From positions 69,663 to 133,662 of the forward strand of contig DUOO01000003.1 of assembly GCA_012838795.1 (NCBI GenBank): DNA of 64,000 nt, in the 5' to 3' direction. A program made the position numbers and the translations under genes. The notes under the pieces were generated by a model that was not told the DNA's origin, ran no database searches, and worked only from the letters and a program-made list of their open reading frames with translations. The DNA comes from Clostridiaceae bacterium (GTDB taxonomy: Bacteria; Bacillota; Clostridia; Saccharofermentanales; DTU023). Shown here piece by piece: positions 39,612-51,227 of this stretch; position 1 is the first letter of the stretch, and each line of letters begins with the position of its first letter.

Positions 39612-40088
39612 ATGAAAAAAATGAGAGTATTGAGTATTTTAGTCAAAAACAATGCCGGAACCTTGACCAGAGTAGCCGGATTATTTGCCAGAAGAGGATA
39701 TAATATTGATACTTTGACTGTTTCCGCAACCAAAGATCATAGATTTTCCAAAATTACATTAACAGCCGAATTGGACGACATTATGCTAGGGCAATTAATG
39801 AGTCAAACTGCTAAATTGCAAGAAGTAGTTTCTATTGAAGAATTATTTGATCACAATTCTGTTTTACGTGAAATACTATTGATTAAAGTAGCTGTGACAC
39901 ATGAATGCAGAAGCAAACTGATTGAAATTGCAAATATATATAAAGGTGTAGTTGTTGATCTTTCACGTGAAAGTATGATTATTGAACTCACGGGCAAACC
40001 GCAAAAAATTGATGCATTTATTAATGTAATCGATAATTTTAACATTGTTAATTTTTGTAGAACCGGCGTAACAGCAGTTCAAAGATGA
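39612..40088 (+). CDS. ilvN: Acetolactate synthase small (regulatory) subunit
   Basis: 158-aa ORF with ACT-domain N-terminus [31 protein letters not shown]. It starts 4 nt after ilvB. Confidence 0.92.
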   Translation: MKKMRVLSILVKNNAGTLTRVAGLFARRGYNIDTLTVSATKDHRFSKITLTAELDDIMLGQLMSQTAKLQEVVSIEELFDHNSVLREILLIKVAVTHECRSKLIEIANIYKGVVVDLSRESMIIELTGKPQKIDAFINVIDNFNIVNFCRTGVTAVQR

Positions 40089-40101
40089 TAGGAGTAAAAA
40101 A

Positions 40102-41100
40102 ATGATTGAAAAGTATTATGACAAAGATTGTAATTTAGATGTGTTAGCAGGGAAAACCGTAGCGATTATCGGTTTCGGCTCACAGGGACATGCCCACGCA
40201 TTAAATTTAAAAGAAAGTGGAGTAAAAGTTATTGTAGGTTTAGCACCGGATTCAAAAAGCAGAGTAAAGGTTAAAGAATTCGGGTTGGAAGTTTTTGATG
40301 TACCGGAAGCTGCCAAACGCGCTGATATAGTTATGATGTTGGTACCGGATGAAGTATCAGCCAATATATATAACAGTGAAGTAGCACCGTATTTGATTGC
40401 CGGGAATACCTTGATGTATGCTCATGGATTTAATATTCATTATAATTTGGTTATTCCGGCAGATGATATTGATGTAATTATGGTGGCCCCGAAAGGGCCC
40501 GGTCATACTGTACGCAGCGAATATGAAAGGGGCTTTGGCGTTCCTTCATTGATTGCTGTTTATCAAGATGCTACAGGTAATGCCAAAGAAACGGCATTAG
40601 CATATGCATCTGCCATCGGTGCCGGCAGAGCGGGTATTTTACAAACAACTTTTAAAGAAGAAACAGAAACCGACTTGTTCGGTGAACAGGCTATTCTTTG
40701 CGGCGGTGTAACTGCATTGATGAAAGCCGGTTTTGAAACTTTGGTTGAAGCAGGTTATGAACCTGAAATGGCTTACTTTGAATGTATCCATGAAATGAAA
40801 CTGATAATAGATATGGTTGCAGCCGGTGGTTTCAAAAATATGAGAAATTCAGTTTCGAACACGGCAGAATATGGTGACTATGTTGCCGGACCCAAAGTAA
40901 TTGATGAATATGTCAGAGAAAGTATGCGTGATATTTTGGCAGATATTCAAACTGGCAAATTTGCGTCAGAATTTATTCAAGAAATGACATCGGGTAAAAA
41001 AATCCGTTTCTTAACTACAAGACGCAAAGAAGCAGAACATAAATTAGAAAAAGTCGGCGAAGAATTACGCAGTATGATGCAAGGCTTCGATAACAAGTAA
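40102..41100 (+). CDS. ilvC: Ketol-acid reductoisomerase
   Basis: 332-aa class I KARI with [17 protein letters not shown] and [11 protein letters not shown]. Confidence 0.96.
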   Translation: MIEKYYDKDCNLDVLAGKTVAIIGFGSQGHAHALNLKESGVKVIVGLAPDSKSRVKVKEFGLEVFDVPEAAKRADIVMMLVPDEVSANIYNSEVAPYLIAGNTLMYAHGFNIHYNLVIPADDIDVIMVAPKGPGHTVRSEYERGFGVPSLIAVYQDATGNAKETALAYASAIGAGRAGILQTTFKEETETDLFGEQAILCGGVTALMKAGFETLVEAGYEPEMAYFECIHEMKLIIDMVAAGGFKNMRNSVSNTAEYGDYVAGPKVIDEYVRESMRDILADIQTGKFASEFIQEMTSGKKIRFLTTRRKEAEHKLEKVGEELRSMMQGFDNK

Positions 41101-41145
41101 GCAAATTTGAAAATTATTTTAATATAAATGATATAGGGGGGAAAC

Positions 41146-42810
41146 ATGAAGTTAGCGAGTGATAAGGTTTTACGTGGAGCTGAAAGAGCACCAAATCGCA
41201 GTTTGTTTTATGCATTGGGTTATACTGAAGAGCAATTAAAACGCCCGTTGATCGGAGTTGTCAGTGCTTATAGCGAAATAGTTCCCGGTCACATGAATCT
41301 CGATAAATTAACCCAAAGTGTTAAAACCGGAGTTTTAATGAATGGCGGAACTCCGATCATGATTCCTTCGATTGGAGTTTGTGATGGAATTGCGATGGGA
41401 CATCACGGTATGAAATATTCTTTGCCCAGCAGAGAATTGATTGCTGACAGTGTTGAATCGATGGCTATCGCTCATGGTATAGATGCACTGGTTTTAATTC
41501 CTAACTGTGACAAAATTGTTCCCGGAATGATTATGGGAGCTCTAAGACTTAATTTGCCGACTATATTGGTCAGCGGTGGTCCGATGTTGGCAGGACAAAG
41601 TGATCAAGGTTCAATCAGTCTATCTAAAATATTTGAAGCAGTTGGCAGCTATAAAGCAAATATGATTACGGCAGAAGAACTTTTACAGTGTGAACAGTCG
41701 GTATGTCCGAGTTGCGGCAGTTGTGCCGGGATGTATACCGCAAATTCCATGAATTGCTTGAGTGAAGCAATCGGCCTGGCACTTCCGGGTAACGGAACTA
41801 TACCTGAACCATTTTCAGCCAGACAACGTTTGGCCAAAGAAACCGGCATGATGATTATGGAATTGTTACGCAAGGATATCCGGATCAAAGATATTATTAC
41901 TCCGGATTCAGTGCGTAATGCAATTGCTTCCGATATGGCACTTGGTTGCTCAACCAACACGGTGTTACATCTTTTGGCGATAGCTACGGAAGCGGGAATT
42001 GAAGTAGACTTAAATATCTTTAATGAATTGAGTGAAACCATACCTAATCTTTGTCATTTAGCACCTGCAGGACCGACTCACATGGAAGATTTATATTTTG
42101 CCGGCGGTGTAGGGGCCGTTCTTAAAGAATTAGCTAAAAAAGATTACATCAATCCGGATTTGATGACTGTTACAACAAAAACGGTGGGTGAAAATATTGC
42201 CGATGTAAAGACCTATGATAACGGTGCAATCAGACCGATTGATAATCCGTACAGTAAAGTAGGGGGGCTAGCAATTTTATATGGTAATATTGCGAAAAAA
42301 GGGGCAGTAGTAAAGCGTTCAGCTGTTGCAACCGAAATGTTAAAACATGAAGGTCCGGCCAGAGTATTTGACAGTGAAGATGCTGCGATTGAAACAATTT
42401 ATGCGGGAAAAATCAATCCGGGTGATGTAGTTGTCATTCGGTACGAAGGTCCGAAAGGCGGACCGGGGATGCGCGAAATGCTCAATCCGACGTCGGCTTT
42501 AGCCGGTATGAAATTAGATAAGAGCGTTGCCTTAATCACAGACGGCAGATTCTCCGGAGCCTCAAGAGGAGCAGCAATCGGTCACGTTGCACCGGAAGCT
42601 GCATTAGGCGGCGCGATCGGCATTATCCGGGAAGGTGACACTATTGCTATCGATATTCCGAATTATTCACTCAATCTGAAAATATCCGATGCTGAATTTG
42701 CAGAGCGTATGGCAAATTTTGAACCACAAGAAAAGAATGTAGTTGGTGGCTGGCTCAATCGTTATCGCAGATTGGTCGCCAGTTCTGATAAAGGAGCTGT
42801 TTTGGAATGA
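41146..42810 (+). CDS. ilvD: Dihydroxy-acid dehydratase
   Basis: 554-aa ORF with [23 protein letters not shown] and TDGRFSG. Confidence 0.96.
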   Translation: MKLASDKVLRGAERAPNRSLFYALGYTEEQLKRPLIGVVSAYSEIVPGHMNLDKLTQSVKTGVLMNGGTPIMIPSIGVCDGIAMGHHGMKYSLPSRELIADSVESMAIAHGIDALVLIPNCDKIVPGMIMGALRLNLPTILVSGGPMLAGQSDQGSISLSKIFEAVGSYKANMITAEELLQCEQSVCPSCGSCAGMYTANSMNCLSEAIGLALPGNGTIPEPFSARQRLAKETGMMIMELLRKDIRIKDIITPDSVRNAIASDMALGCSTNTVLHLLAIATEAGIEVDLNIFNELSETIPNLCHLAPAGPTHMEDLYFAGGVGAVLKELAKKDYINPDLMTVTTKTVGENIADVKTYDNGAIRPIDNPYSKVGGLAILYGNIAKKGAVVKRSAVATEMLKHEGPARVFDSEDAAIETIYAGKINPGDVVVIRYEGPKGGPGMREMLNPTSALAGMKLDKSVALITDGRFSGASRGAAIGHVAPEAALGGAIGIIREGDTIAIDIPNYSLNLKISDAEFAERMANFEPQEKNVVGGWLNRYRRLVASSDKGAVLE

Positions 42811-44048
42811 AACAGAGTAAAATCACTTTAGATAACGTTTATCGAGCAGCACACAGAATAAAAGAGGTTGTGCGCAAAACCGATATGATTGAGGCTCGGG
42901 CAATTTTTCCGGACGATAATATTTTTATGAAAACGGAAAATTTACAAACGACCGGCTCGTTCAAAGTCAGGGGCGCTTATTTTAAAATTTCTCAATTGAC
43001 CGAGGAGGAAAAGGCACGTGGTGTAGTAGCTTGTTCTGCCGGGAATCATGCTCAAGGTGTTGCTTTGGCCTGTAATCATTTAGGTATCGATTCAACAATC
43101 TTTATGCCGGAATCAGCTCCGATTTCAAAAATTGAAGCTACCCGCTCCTACGGTTCAAAGATTATTTTAGCCGGTGATAATTATGATGATTCTTATGAAG
43201 CGGCTCTCCAATACATTTCCGAACATGATAAGATCTTTATCCATCCGTTTGATGATGAAGAAGTTATTGTCGGTCAGGCAACAATAGGTTTAGAAATTTT
43301 GGAACAAATGCCTGATGTTGATATTATAATGGTACCTGTTGGCGGCGGAGGTTTACTTGGCGGAATTTCTTATGTTATTAAAAGTTTGAAGCCTGAATGT
43401 CAGGTTATCGGCGTGGAAGCCGCCAAAGCTCCTTCAATGGGTGTGTCTTTAGAAGAGGATAAAATAATCAGAATTTCGAGCCAGGATACTTTTGCTGACG
43501 GTATTGCTGTCAAACAACCGGGTCCTACAACTTTTGAGTTAGCCAAACAGTACGTTGATCAAATGTTGACAGTCAGTGAGGATGAAATTGCATATGCTCT
43601 CTTATCCTTGATGGAAAAACAAAAATTGGTTTGTGAAGGTGCGGGTGCGGTGGCTTTTGCTGCAGTAGTATTTAATAAAATCGATTTTAAAAACAAAAAA
43701 GTATGTGTTTTGTTAAGTGGCGGCAATATTGACGTTAATATACTATCAAGAGTTATTCAGCGTGGTCTGTTGGTTAGCGGACGCAATACTGAGCTGAGTA
43801 TCAGCTTGACCGACAAACCGGGTCAGTTGCAAGCTGTAGCAACGGCAATTGCCGAGCTGGGAGCTAATGTAACTGAAGTCAATTATAATCCCGGCGGCGA
43901 AAATACGGCAATTGACAGTTGTGTTTTGAATCTGAAGCTGGAAACAAAAAACATTGAACATATCCGTATGATTGAAACTGTTTTACAAGAGAAAGGCTTT
44001 AATCTGCTCAGCAAAGAAGAAGCACGCGGCTGTTTCGCAGAGAGTTAA
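42807..44048 (+). CDS. ilvA: Threonine ammonia-lyase (biosynthetic threonine dehydratase)
   Basis: 413-aa ORF with PLP-lysine motif [14 protein letters not shown] loop and a single C-terminal ACT-like domain. Its ATG overlaps the ilvD stop (ATGA). Confidence 0.92.
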   Translation: MKQSKITLDNVYRAAHRIKEVVRKTDMIEARAIFPDDNIFMKTENLQTTGSFKVRGAYFKISQLTEEEKARGVVACSAGNHAQGVALACNHLGIDSTIFMPESAPISKIEATRSYGSKIILAGDNYDDSYEAALQYISEHDKIFIHPFDDEEVIVGQATIGLEILEQMPDVDIIMVPVGGGGLLGGISYVIKSLKPECQVIGVEAAKAPSMGVSLEEDKIIRISSQDTFADGIAVKQPGPTTFELAKQYVDQMLTVSEDEIAYALLSLMEKQKLVCEGAGAVAFAAVVFNKIDFKNKKVCVLLSGGNIDVNILSRVIQRGLLVSGRNTELSISLTDKPGQLQAVATAIAELGANVTEVNYNPGGENTAIDSCVLNLKLETKNIEHIRMIETVLQEKGFNLLSKEEARGCFAES

Positions 44049-44120
44049 ATATTCGAATAGATATAATAATTGCATAAAAGCAAATATTCGCAGAGAACAA
44101 AATATTCGATTGGAGTAAAT

Positions 44121-45185
44121 ATGGAAATAAAAATTACATTAAATAAAAACTTGAAAGAGAAGATTCAAGACGAAAGCAAATTGGGTTTCGGAAATTTTTT
44201 TACTGATCATATGTTTCTCATGGACTATAAAGAAGGTAAAGGTTGGCATGATCCGCGTATAATACCTTATCAACCGATTAACGTAGATCCTTCTTGCTTA
44301 ACGTTTCATTATGGTCAAACTGTTTTTGAAGGCTTGAAAGCCTACCGTTCAGCTCAAGATGAAATTCTGTTATTCAGACCTGCAGAGAATTTTAAACGAA
44401 TGAATTTATCTTGTGACAGATTGTGTATACCGAGATTTGACGAAAAACTTGCTCTGGAAGCTCTCAAAAAATTGATTGATATTGATCGTGACTGGGTGCC
44501 TCATCAATCAGATTCATCTTTATATATCAGACCGTTTATTATTGCAGATGAGGAATTTCTCGGCGTCCATGTCAGTGAATCTTATAAATTCATGATTATT
44601 TTAAGTCCGAGCGGACCTTATTATGCATCGGGACTTGATCCGGTCAAAATCTATGTTGAAGAAAAGTATGTACGTGCTGTTCCCGGCGGAATGGGTGAAG
44701 CAAAAACCGGCGGGAATTATGCAGTCAGTTTAATCGGTCAAGCTGAAGCTGAGAAAAAAGGCTATTCTCAAGTTTTATGGCTGGACGGTATAGAAAGAAA
44801 ATTCATTGAAGAAGTCGGCGCCATGAATATTTTCTTTATAATTGATGATGTAGTTATTACGCCGAAACTTAACGGATCGATACTTGCCGGTATTACTCGT
44901 AAATCAGTTTTGGAATTATTGCGTGAACAGGATGCTCAAGTCGAAGAAAGAAAAATATCGATTGATGAATTAGTAGACGCATATGATAACGATAAATTGC
45001 AGGAAGTATTCGGAACAGGCACAGCGGCGGTTATTTCACCGGTTGGCGAATTAATGTATAAAGATAAGAAAATGATCATTAATAATAATCAAATCGGTCC
45101 GGTTTCACAAAGCCTGTACGATAATTTGACCGCTATTCAATGGGGACGTCAACCGGGTCCGGCAGGCTGGAGTATCAAGGTCTAG
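44121..45185 (+). CDS. ilvE: Branched-chain amino acid aminotransferase
   Basis: Class IV aminotransferase motifs (FHYGQTVFEGLKAY, GEAKTGGNYA, GTGTAAVISPV). ATG 44121 follows GGAG. The ORF-track start at 44070 adds an unlikely 17-aa extension. Confidence 0.93.
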   Translation: MEIKITLNKNLKEKIQDESKLGFGNFFTDHMFLMDYKEGKGWHDPRIIPYQPINVDPSCLTFHYGQTVFEGLKAYRSAQDEILLFRPAENFKRMNLSCDRLCIPRFDEKLALEALKKLIDIDRDWVPHQSDSSLYIRPFIIADEEFLGVHVSESYKFMIILSPSGPYYASGLDPVKIYVEEKYVRAVPGGMGEAKTGGNYAVSLIGQAEAEKKGYSQVLWLDGIERKFIEEVGAMNIFFIIDDVVITPKLNGSILAGITRKSVLELLREQDAQVEERKISIDELVDAYDNDKLQEVFGTGTAAVISPVGELMYKDKKMIINNNQIGPVSQSLYDNLTAIQWGRQPGPAGWSIKV

Positions 45186-45196
45186 ATATTTGTTAT

Positions 45197-45622
45197 ATGA
45201 ATGAACAGTTGCTAAATAATTTAATCGTATCTGCAATTGAGGCAAGTAAAAACAGCTATTCTCCTTATTCAAAATATCGAGTAGGTGCAGCTTTGCTTGG
45301 GACAAGCGGAAGGATTTTTACAGGATGCAATGTGGAAAATGCATCTTATGGAGCAACAATTTGTGCAGAATTAACTGCTGTTGTAAAAGCGATTTCTGAA
45401 GGTGAGCATAAATTCTCAGCTTTGGCTATTCATGGGTCCTCCCATCAGCCAAAACCAAATCAAACTTATTATGCATATCCATGCGGTATTTGCCGCCAAG
45501 TTTTAAGTGAATTCGCCGAGCCTGATCTGACCGTTTTGATCGTACATTCGGAGAACGATTATCTTAAAAGAACATTGGGTGAATTATTGCCCGATAGTTT
45601 CGGTTCTGCTAACCTGGAGTAA
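45197..45622 (+). CDS. cdd: Cytidine deaminase
   Basis: Zinc motifs CAELTAV and PCGICRQVL. ATG 45197 gives the usual ~140 aa. The ORF-track start at 45140 would overlap ilvE. Confidence 0.9.
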   Translation: MNEQLLNNLIVSAIEASKNSYSPYSKYRVGAALLGTSGRIFTGCNVENASYGATICAELTAVVKAISEGEHKFSALAIHGSSHQPKPNQTYYAYPCGICRQVLSEFAEPDLTVLIVHSENDYLKRTLGELLPDSFGSANLE

Positions 45623-45725
45623 ATATCTTTGATTTGATTCAAAAATATCTGCTTTTTTTATTTCAACCGAATTATTGTATGGTATTTACTTAATTATAGT
45701 AATAGTTCATAGCTTGGAGGATTCA

Positions 45726-46499
45726 ATGGAAAAACTTTACCATATTCAATTGGATGATTCACATCAGGCGAAATATGCGTTGCTTCCCGGTGATCCGGCA
45801 AGAGTCGAAAAGATAGCTCAATTCCTGGATAATCCGCAATTCATCGGTTGTAACAGAGAATATACAACATGGCTGGGTCAGTTAGCAGGCAAAAATGTTT
45901 TAGTTATGTCAACCGGAATGGGCGGACCTTCAACTGCAATAGGCATTGAAGAACTTTTTCAAACAGGTGTGACAAATTTTCTCAGAGTCGGTACTTGCGG
46001 CGGTATTAAACTTGATGTAATGGGCGGTGATATAGTTATTGCAACAGGAGCAATCAGAATGGACGGTACTCCTGATGAGTATGTACCGAAAGAATTCCCG
46101 GCTGTTGCCGATTTTGAATTTACCGGCAGTTTGGTTCAAGCAGCGAAAAATTTAAATGTAAATTATCATACCGGAATTGTACATTGTAAAGATTCATTTT
46201 ACGGTCAGCATAATCCGGGCCGAATGCCGGTAGGCTATGAACTTGAAGCAAAATGGCAAGCGTGGTTCAAGGCCAATTGTCTGGCTTCAGAAATGGAGAG
46301 CTCCACATTATTTATTGTAAGTCAAATTCTCGGTGCCCGAGCAGCCTGTGTGTTAAATGTCGTTTGGAATCAGGAGAGAGCTAAACGTTGTTTGTCCGAT
46401 CCGCACCAACATGATACTGAACTTGCGGTCAGAGTGGCTGTAGAAGCAGTGCGTGAGGATATTATCAAACAAAATAATGCTGATTGGCAAAGGAAATAG
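45726..46499 (+). CDS. udp: Uridine phosphorylase (PNP/UDP-1 family)
   Basis: Collinear with E. coli Udp by eye (LPGDPARVEKIA, STGMGGPSTAIGIEEL, EFPAVADFE, EMESSTLF). ATG 45726 follows GGAGGA. Confidence 0.85.
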   Translation: MEKLYHIQLDDSHQAKYALLPGDPARVEKIAQFLDNPQFIGCNREYTTWLGQLAGKNVLVMSTGMGGPSTAIGIEELFQTGVTNFLRVGTCGGIKLDVMGGDIVIATGAIRMDGTPDEYVPKEFPAVADFEFTGSLVQAAKNLNVNYHTGIVHCKDSFYGQHNPGRMPVGYELEAKWQAWFKANCLASEMESSTLFIVSQILGARAACVLNVVWNQERAKRCLSDPHQHDTELAVRVAVEAVREDIIKQNNADWQRK

Positions 46500-46500
46500 A

Positions 46501-47130
46501 ATGTCGGATACAAGATTAAGTTTTCAGGATTTACCTAAAGCATGGCAAGGTTTTTTACAAGCATGTCAATCATGTAATAATTGTGAATTGCATCAAACAC
46601 GTGACAATGTTGTAGTCTATCGCGGGAGTTTAACTGCTCCGTTAATGCTGATTGGTGAAGGGCCGGGTGCAGAAGAGGATCGGCAAGGTATTCCCTTTGT
46701 CGGCAGATCGGGAAAACTATTGGATAGTTTGCTGCAAGCTCAAGAATTTACTGCCCGAGATTTTCATATATGCAATATTGTTAAATGCAGACCTCCGGGA
46801 AATCGTGTGCCTACTGAAGAAGAAGCACAAGCGTGTAAACGTTTATTAAGTGCTCAATTTACCTTAGTAAAACCTAAAGTCATCGTACTCGTCGGTGCAA
46901 CAGCTTATAAATATTTTACAAATTTGAATGATCCGATTTCCAAAGTCAGAGGAAAATGGATTGAAAATAGCGGTTACTATATCATGCCTACTTTTCATCC
47001 TGCGTATTTATTGCGCAATCCGAGTAAAAAACTTGAAATGTGGAATGATTTCAAAAAAGTACGAGAAAAGCTTGAAGATCTTAATTTAATTCAGCCGATG
47101 CAACACCCGTTTGAATTTATTGAATGGTAA
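46501..47130 (+). CDS. Uracil-DNA glycosylase, family 4
   Basis: Motifs GEGPGAEEDRQGIPFVGRSGKLL and HPAYLLRNP, plus N-terminal Cys residues for the Fe-S cluster. ATG 46501 lies 2 nt after the udp stop. Confidence 0.88.
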   Translation: MSDTRLSFQDLPKAWQGFLQACQSCNNCELHQTRDNVVVYRGSLTAPLMLIGEGPGAEEDRQGIPFVGRSGKLLDSLLQAQEFTARDFHICNIVKCRPPGNRVPTEEEAQACKRLLSAQFTLVKPKVIVLVGATAYKYFTNLNDPISKVRGKWIENSGYYIMPTFHPAYLLRNPSKKLEMWNDFKKVREKLEDLNLIQPMQHPFEFIEW

Positions 47131-47146
47131 GGAATTCACTTAATTA

Positions 47147-49165
47147 ATGCAAAACAAGCAGTTTAAAATAGTATCCGATTACCAACCGAAAGGTGATCAG
47201 CCGACGGCTATCTCCAAAATAGTTGAAGGGCTTGCAAGAGGCGATAAAGCACAGACTTTAGTCGGTGTGACCGGCTCAGGTAAGACTTTTACCATGGCGA
47301 ATGTAATTGAGCGAACACAAAGACCGACTTTGGTTATAGCTCATAATAAAACATTAGCCGGACAGTTGGCAGCTGAATTTAAAGCCTTATTTCCGGAAAA
47401 CGCTGTTGAATATTTTGTTTCCTATTATGACTATTATCAACCGGAAGCTTATTTGCCGGTGAGCGATACTTACATTGAAAAAGATTCTTCGATCAATGAT
47501 GAAATTGATCGCTTAAGACATTCTGCAACAGCATCTTTATTTGAACGCAGAGATGTAATTGTGGTGGCTTCGGTTTCTTGCATATACGGACTGGGCTCAC
47601 CGGAATCCTATAAAAAAATGATGGTTCATTTACGACCGGGTCAACAAAAATCATTAGAAGATGTAATAGAAGAATTAATTAATATTCAATACATCAGAAA
47701 TGATTATGAATTGAGACGCGGCAACTTTAGAGTCAGAGGTGATGTAATCGATATCTTTCCCGCATCATCGGAAAATGTGATTACCAGAGTCGAGTTTTTC
47801 GGCGATGAAATTGATCGCATCACGGAAATAGATGCAATTACGGCACGCAGCATTCAAGGCAGAAACTATCAGCAGATATATCCTGCCAGCCACTATACGA
47901 CGACAAGTGAAAATACCAAACGGGCAGTGGGTGACATTTTGAATGAACTGGAGTTCAGATTAGAACAGCTGAATAATACCGGAAAAATAGTTGAAGCCTA
48001 TAGACTTGAACAACGTACCAGATATGACATGGAGCTATTGCTGGAAACAGGAATTTGCAAAGGAATTGAGAACTATTCCCGACATTTTGACAACAGAAAA
48101 CCGGAAGAACCGCCTTTTACCTTGCTCGATTTTTTCCCGGAAGATTACTTGTTAATGATCGATGAATCTCATGTAACTGTGCCGCAAATCGGCGCTATGT
48201 ACAATGGGGACCGTTCCAGAAAAATTTCTTTAGTTGATTACGGGTTTAGATTACCGTCAGCTTTGGATAACAGACCGTTAAAATTTTCTGAGTTTGAAGA
48301 ACGGATGGGTCAAACTGTTTTTGTCAGCGCGACACCTTCTAAATATGAAGCAGAGCATTCAACTGCCTATATTGAACAAGTAAATCGTCCGACCGGTTTA
48401 CTTGACCCGATTATTGATATTCGACCGGTTGAAGATCAAATTGCCGACTTGATTTATGAGATAGAAGAAAATATTAAAGTAAATGAACGAACTTTGATTT
48501 TAACTTTAACCAAAAGAATGGCAGAAGAACTGAGTGAATATTTAGCAGGAGAAGGGCTGAAAGTCAAATATTTACATTCAGATATCAAAACTGTTGAACG
48601 TTTGCAAATTCTCAAAGAATTGCGCGAAGGCAAATTTGATGTCTTGGTCGGAATCAATTTATTAAGAGAAGGCCTGGATCTGCCTGAAGTTTCACTGATT
48701 GCAATATTAGATGCGGATAAAGAAGGTTTCTTGCGATCTGCAACGTCTTTAATTCAAATTATCGGCAGAGCAGCACGCAATGAACGGGGCAGAGTAATCA
48801 TGTATGCCGACAATGTTACCGAATCGATGTATCAGGCCATTCAGGAAACTAAACGCAGAAGAGAAATTCAAAGCGAATTTAATCATAAACACGGCATTAC
48901 GCCGCAAACAATAAGAAAACAAGTATTACAGATTGTTGATACAGCATATGATTTGTCAGAGACTGAAATATTAAGAGCAAGCGAATCAGATACCGATTAC
49001 TTGACAGAATCCGAAATATCGAATTTGAGCACATCGGAAATTCGAAAAATGATTGCCGATACTGAGAAGAAAATGCGTGAGGCAGCCGCAAATCTGGCTT
49101 TTGAAGAAGCAGCTGATCTTAGAGATTATCTGATGATTTTACGCGGAGAATTAAAGAATAAATGA
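47147..49165 (+). CDS. uvrB: Excinuclease ABC subunit B
   Basis: 672-aa ORF with Walker [11 protein letters not shown], helicase motifs (DESH) and a C-terminal UVR domain ([17 protein letters not shown]). Confidence 0.97.
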   Translation: MQNKQFKIVSDYQPKGDQPTAISKIVEGLARGDKAQTLVGVTGSGKTFTMANVIERTQRPTLVIAHNKTLAGQLAAEFKALFPENAVEYFVSYYDYYQPEAYLPVSDTYIEKDSSINDEIDRLRHSATASLFERRDVIVVASVSCIYGLGSPESYKKMMVHLRPGQQKSLEDVIEELINIQYIRNDYELRRGNFRVRGDVIDIFPASSENVITRVEFFGDEIDRITEIDAITARSIQGRNYQQIYPASHYTTTSENTKRAVGDILNELEFRLEQLNNTGKIVEAYRLEQRTRYDMELLLETGICKGIENYSRHFDNRKPEEPPFTLLDFFPEDYLLMIDESHVTVPQIGAMYNGDRSRKISLVDYGFRLPSALDNRPLKFSEFEERMGQTVFVSATPSKYEAEHSTAYIEQVNRPTGLLDPIIDIRPVEDQIADLIYEIEENIKVNERTLILTLTKRMAEELSEYLAGEGLKVKYLHSDIKTVERLQILKELREGKFDVLVGINLLREGLDLPEVSLIAILDADKEGFLRSATSLIQIIGRAARNERGRVIMYADNVTESMYQAIQETKRRREIQSEFNHKHGITPQTIRKQVLQIVDTAYDLSETEILRASESDTDYLTESEISNLSTSEIRKMIADTEKKMREAAANLAFEEAADLRDYLMILRGELKNK

Positions 49166-49390
49166 TTTCCGATTCAGGATATTATGTGATTTCTTCTTAT
49201 ACAACTCTCAGATTTAATTAAACGAAACCCGAAAATATGTCAATTGTTTTATTATTTAAATAATTCATGAGAATAATATGCAAGAATTAATGCTATAATA
49301 ACAATAGATAGGATAAATCTATAATGGTATTAAAAATACTGATGCATTAAGAATAACAAAAGGAATCATATAATTTTCAGGAGGTTCGCT

Positions 49391-51142
49391 ATGAGTAATG
49401 CTCAACGCAAATATGAAGTATGGTTAAATAATCCGAATTTTGACCAAGACACAAAGGATGAGTTGCAATCAATCAAAGATAATGCTGCCGAAATCGAAGA
49501 TCGCTTTTATCAGGACCTGGCATTCGGCACAGCCGGTTTAAGAGGTGTTCTGGGTGCCGGAACCAATCGTATGAACATATATACGGTCGGTAGAGCGGCG
49601 GATGGTTTTGCCCGTTACTTCAAAGAGCGTGGTGCGGATTATTGTGCAAGAGGACTGGCGATTTCTTATGATTCGCGTCATTTTTCGCCGGAATTCGCTG
49701 AGTTGGTAGCAAGAATATTTGTTACTTACGGTATCAGAGTTGTACTCTCCGACGAATTGCGTCCCACACCGATGTTGTCGTTTGCAGTCAGGCATTATAA
49801 TTGTGCAGGCGGTGTAATGATTACTGCCAGTCATAATCCCAAAATGTACAACGGTTTTAAAGCGTATGGCGAAGACGGCGGTCAATTGGGAGCTGAAGAT
49901 GCGGATGCTGTTTTGAAAAAAATGAATGAACGCGATGACTTTACTGAAATTATTGATGCAGCATTACCTTTATCGGAAGCCAAACAATCAGAATTTTGGA
50001 ATGAAATGGGCGAAGAATTCGACAAGATTTATAATGATATGCTGCTTGATCTTGCAATCAATCCGGAAGTCTGTAAAAAACAAAAAGATTTGGCGATTGT
50101 TTATACACCTTTATACGGTACCGGTTATAAACCGGTAATGCTAGTTTTAGATAGTTTAGGTTTTGAGAATATTAAAGTTGTCGAAGAACAGGCGAAACCG
50201 AATGGTGATTTCCCGACTGCACCGTATCCGAATCCCGAAGAAAGAACGGCTCTGACCTTAGGAATTGAACTGGCACAAAAAGAAAATGCCGATCTGTTGA
50301 TTGCTACCGATCCGGATGCAGATCGTACCGGTGTAGCAGTCAGAACCAAAGACGGAGAATTTATTGTTTTAACCGGCAATCAAATCGGACTGTTGCTGAT
50401 GGAGTATATATTAAGTGAAAAAACCAAAAACGGAACTTTACCGGAAAAATCTTTCTGTGTTACAACTGTTGTTTCGACAAGATTAACCCGCAGGATTGCC
50501 AAAGCATATAATTCCGAAATGGCAGAAGTATTGACCGGTTTCAAAAATATTGCGGAACAAATTCTTAATCGTGATGAAAATGGCGATGAGCATTTTCAAT
50601 TCGGTTTTGAAGAAAGTCTCGGATATCTGTCGGGAACCAATGTAAGAGATAAAGATGCGATTGTCGCAACGATGTTAATTGCGGAGATGGCTGCTGTAGC
50701 TGCCGAACAGAACAAAACTCTTTATGACAATCTGATAGAACTGTATGAGAAATATGGTTATGGTGCGGAGAAAACGATTTCGCTTGAGCGTACCGGTATG
50801 AAAGGTGCAGAGCAGATTAAAAATGCCATGAACAGTTTGCGAGCCGATAAAACCAAAGGAATCAGCGGAATTCCGATTACGGCAGTCAAAGACTTCCAAA
50901 CTAATGAAATCACTGATGTAGAAAGCGGTGACACAGCAGCTGCTGATTTACCAAAAAGCAATGTACTGATATACGAAATTGGTGATGATTTGGACTGGAT
51001 TGCAATCAGACCTTCCGGCACAGAACCGAAAATTAAAATCTATGCAGGATTCTACACTGAATCCGAAGATGAAGCAAAAGCCGACTTGGAAAAGTACAGC
51101 TCGGCAATGGCTGAATATATAGAAAGATTATTAGATGCCTGA
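49391..51142 (+). CDS. Phospho-sugar mutase (alpha-phosphoglucomutase, PgcA-like)
   Basis: 583-aa ORF with catalytic loop TASHNP, metal loop DPDADR and sugar loop GFEESLG. RBS AGGAGG upstream. Confidence 0.88.
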   Translation: MSNAQRKYEVWLNNPNFDQDTKDELQSIKDNAAEIEDRFYQDLAFGTAGLRGVLGAGTNRMNIYTVGRAADGFARYFKERGADYCARGLAISYDSRHFSPEFAELVARIFVTYGIRVVLSDELRPTPMLSFAVRHYNCAGGVMITASHNPKMYNGFKAYGEDGGQLGAEDADAVLKKMNERDDFTEIIDAALPLSEAKQSEFWNEMGEEFDKIYNDMLLDLAINPEVCKKQKDLAIVYTPLYGTGYKPVMLVLDSLGFENIKVVEEQAKPNGDFPTAPYPNPEERTALTLGIELAQKENADLLIATDPDADRTGVAVRTKDGEFIVLTGNQIGLLLMEYILSEKTKNGTLPEKSFCVTTVVSTRLTRRIAKAYNSEMAEVLTGFKNIAEQILNRDENGDEHFQFGFEESLGYLSGTNVRDKDAIVATMLIAEMAAVAAEQNKTLYDNLIELYEKYGYGAEKTISLERTGMKGAEQIKNAMNSLRADKTKGISGIPITAVKDFQTNEITDVESGDTAAADLPKSNVLIYEIGDDLDWIAIRPSGTEPKIKIYAGFYTESEDEAKADLEKYSSAMAEYIERLLDA

Positions 51143-51227
51143 ATTATTTAGTTTAAGTGTATTTTAGAGTAAACAAACACGAAAAGTATTTTTGCTTGGC
51201 AGAATTTCTTAAACAATATTTTACCGG

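Noticed and set aside
45623-45725. T-run (GCTTTTTTTA) after cdd, considered as an intrinsic terminator.
   Set aside because: I could find only a 5-bp AT-only stem preceding it. The nearby AAATATCT sequences are direct repeats, not inverted repeats.
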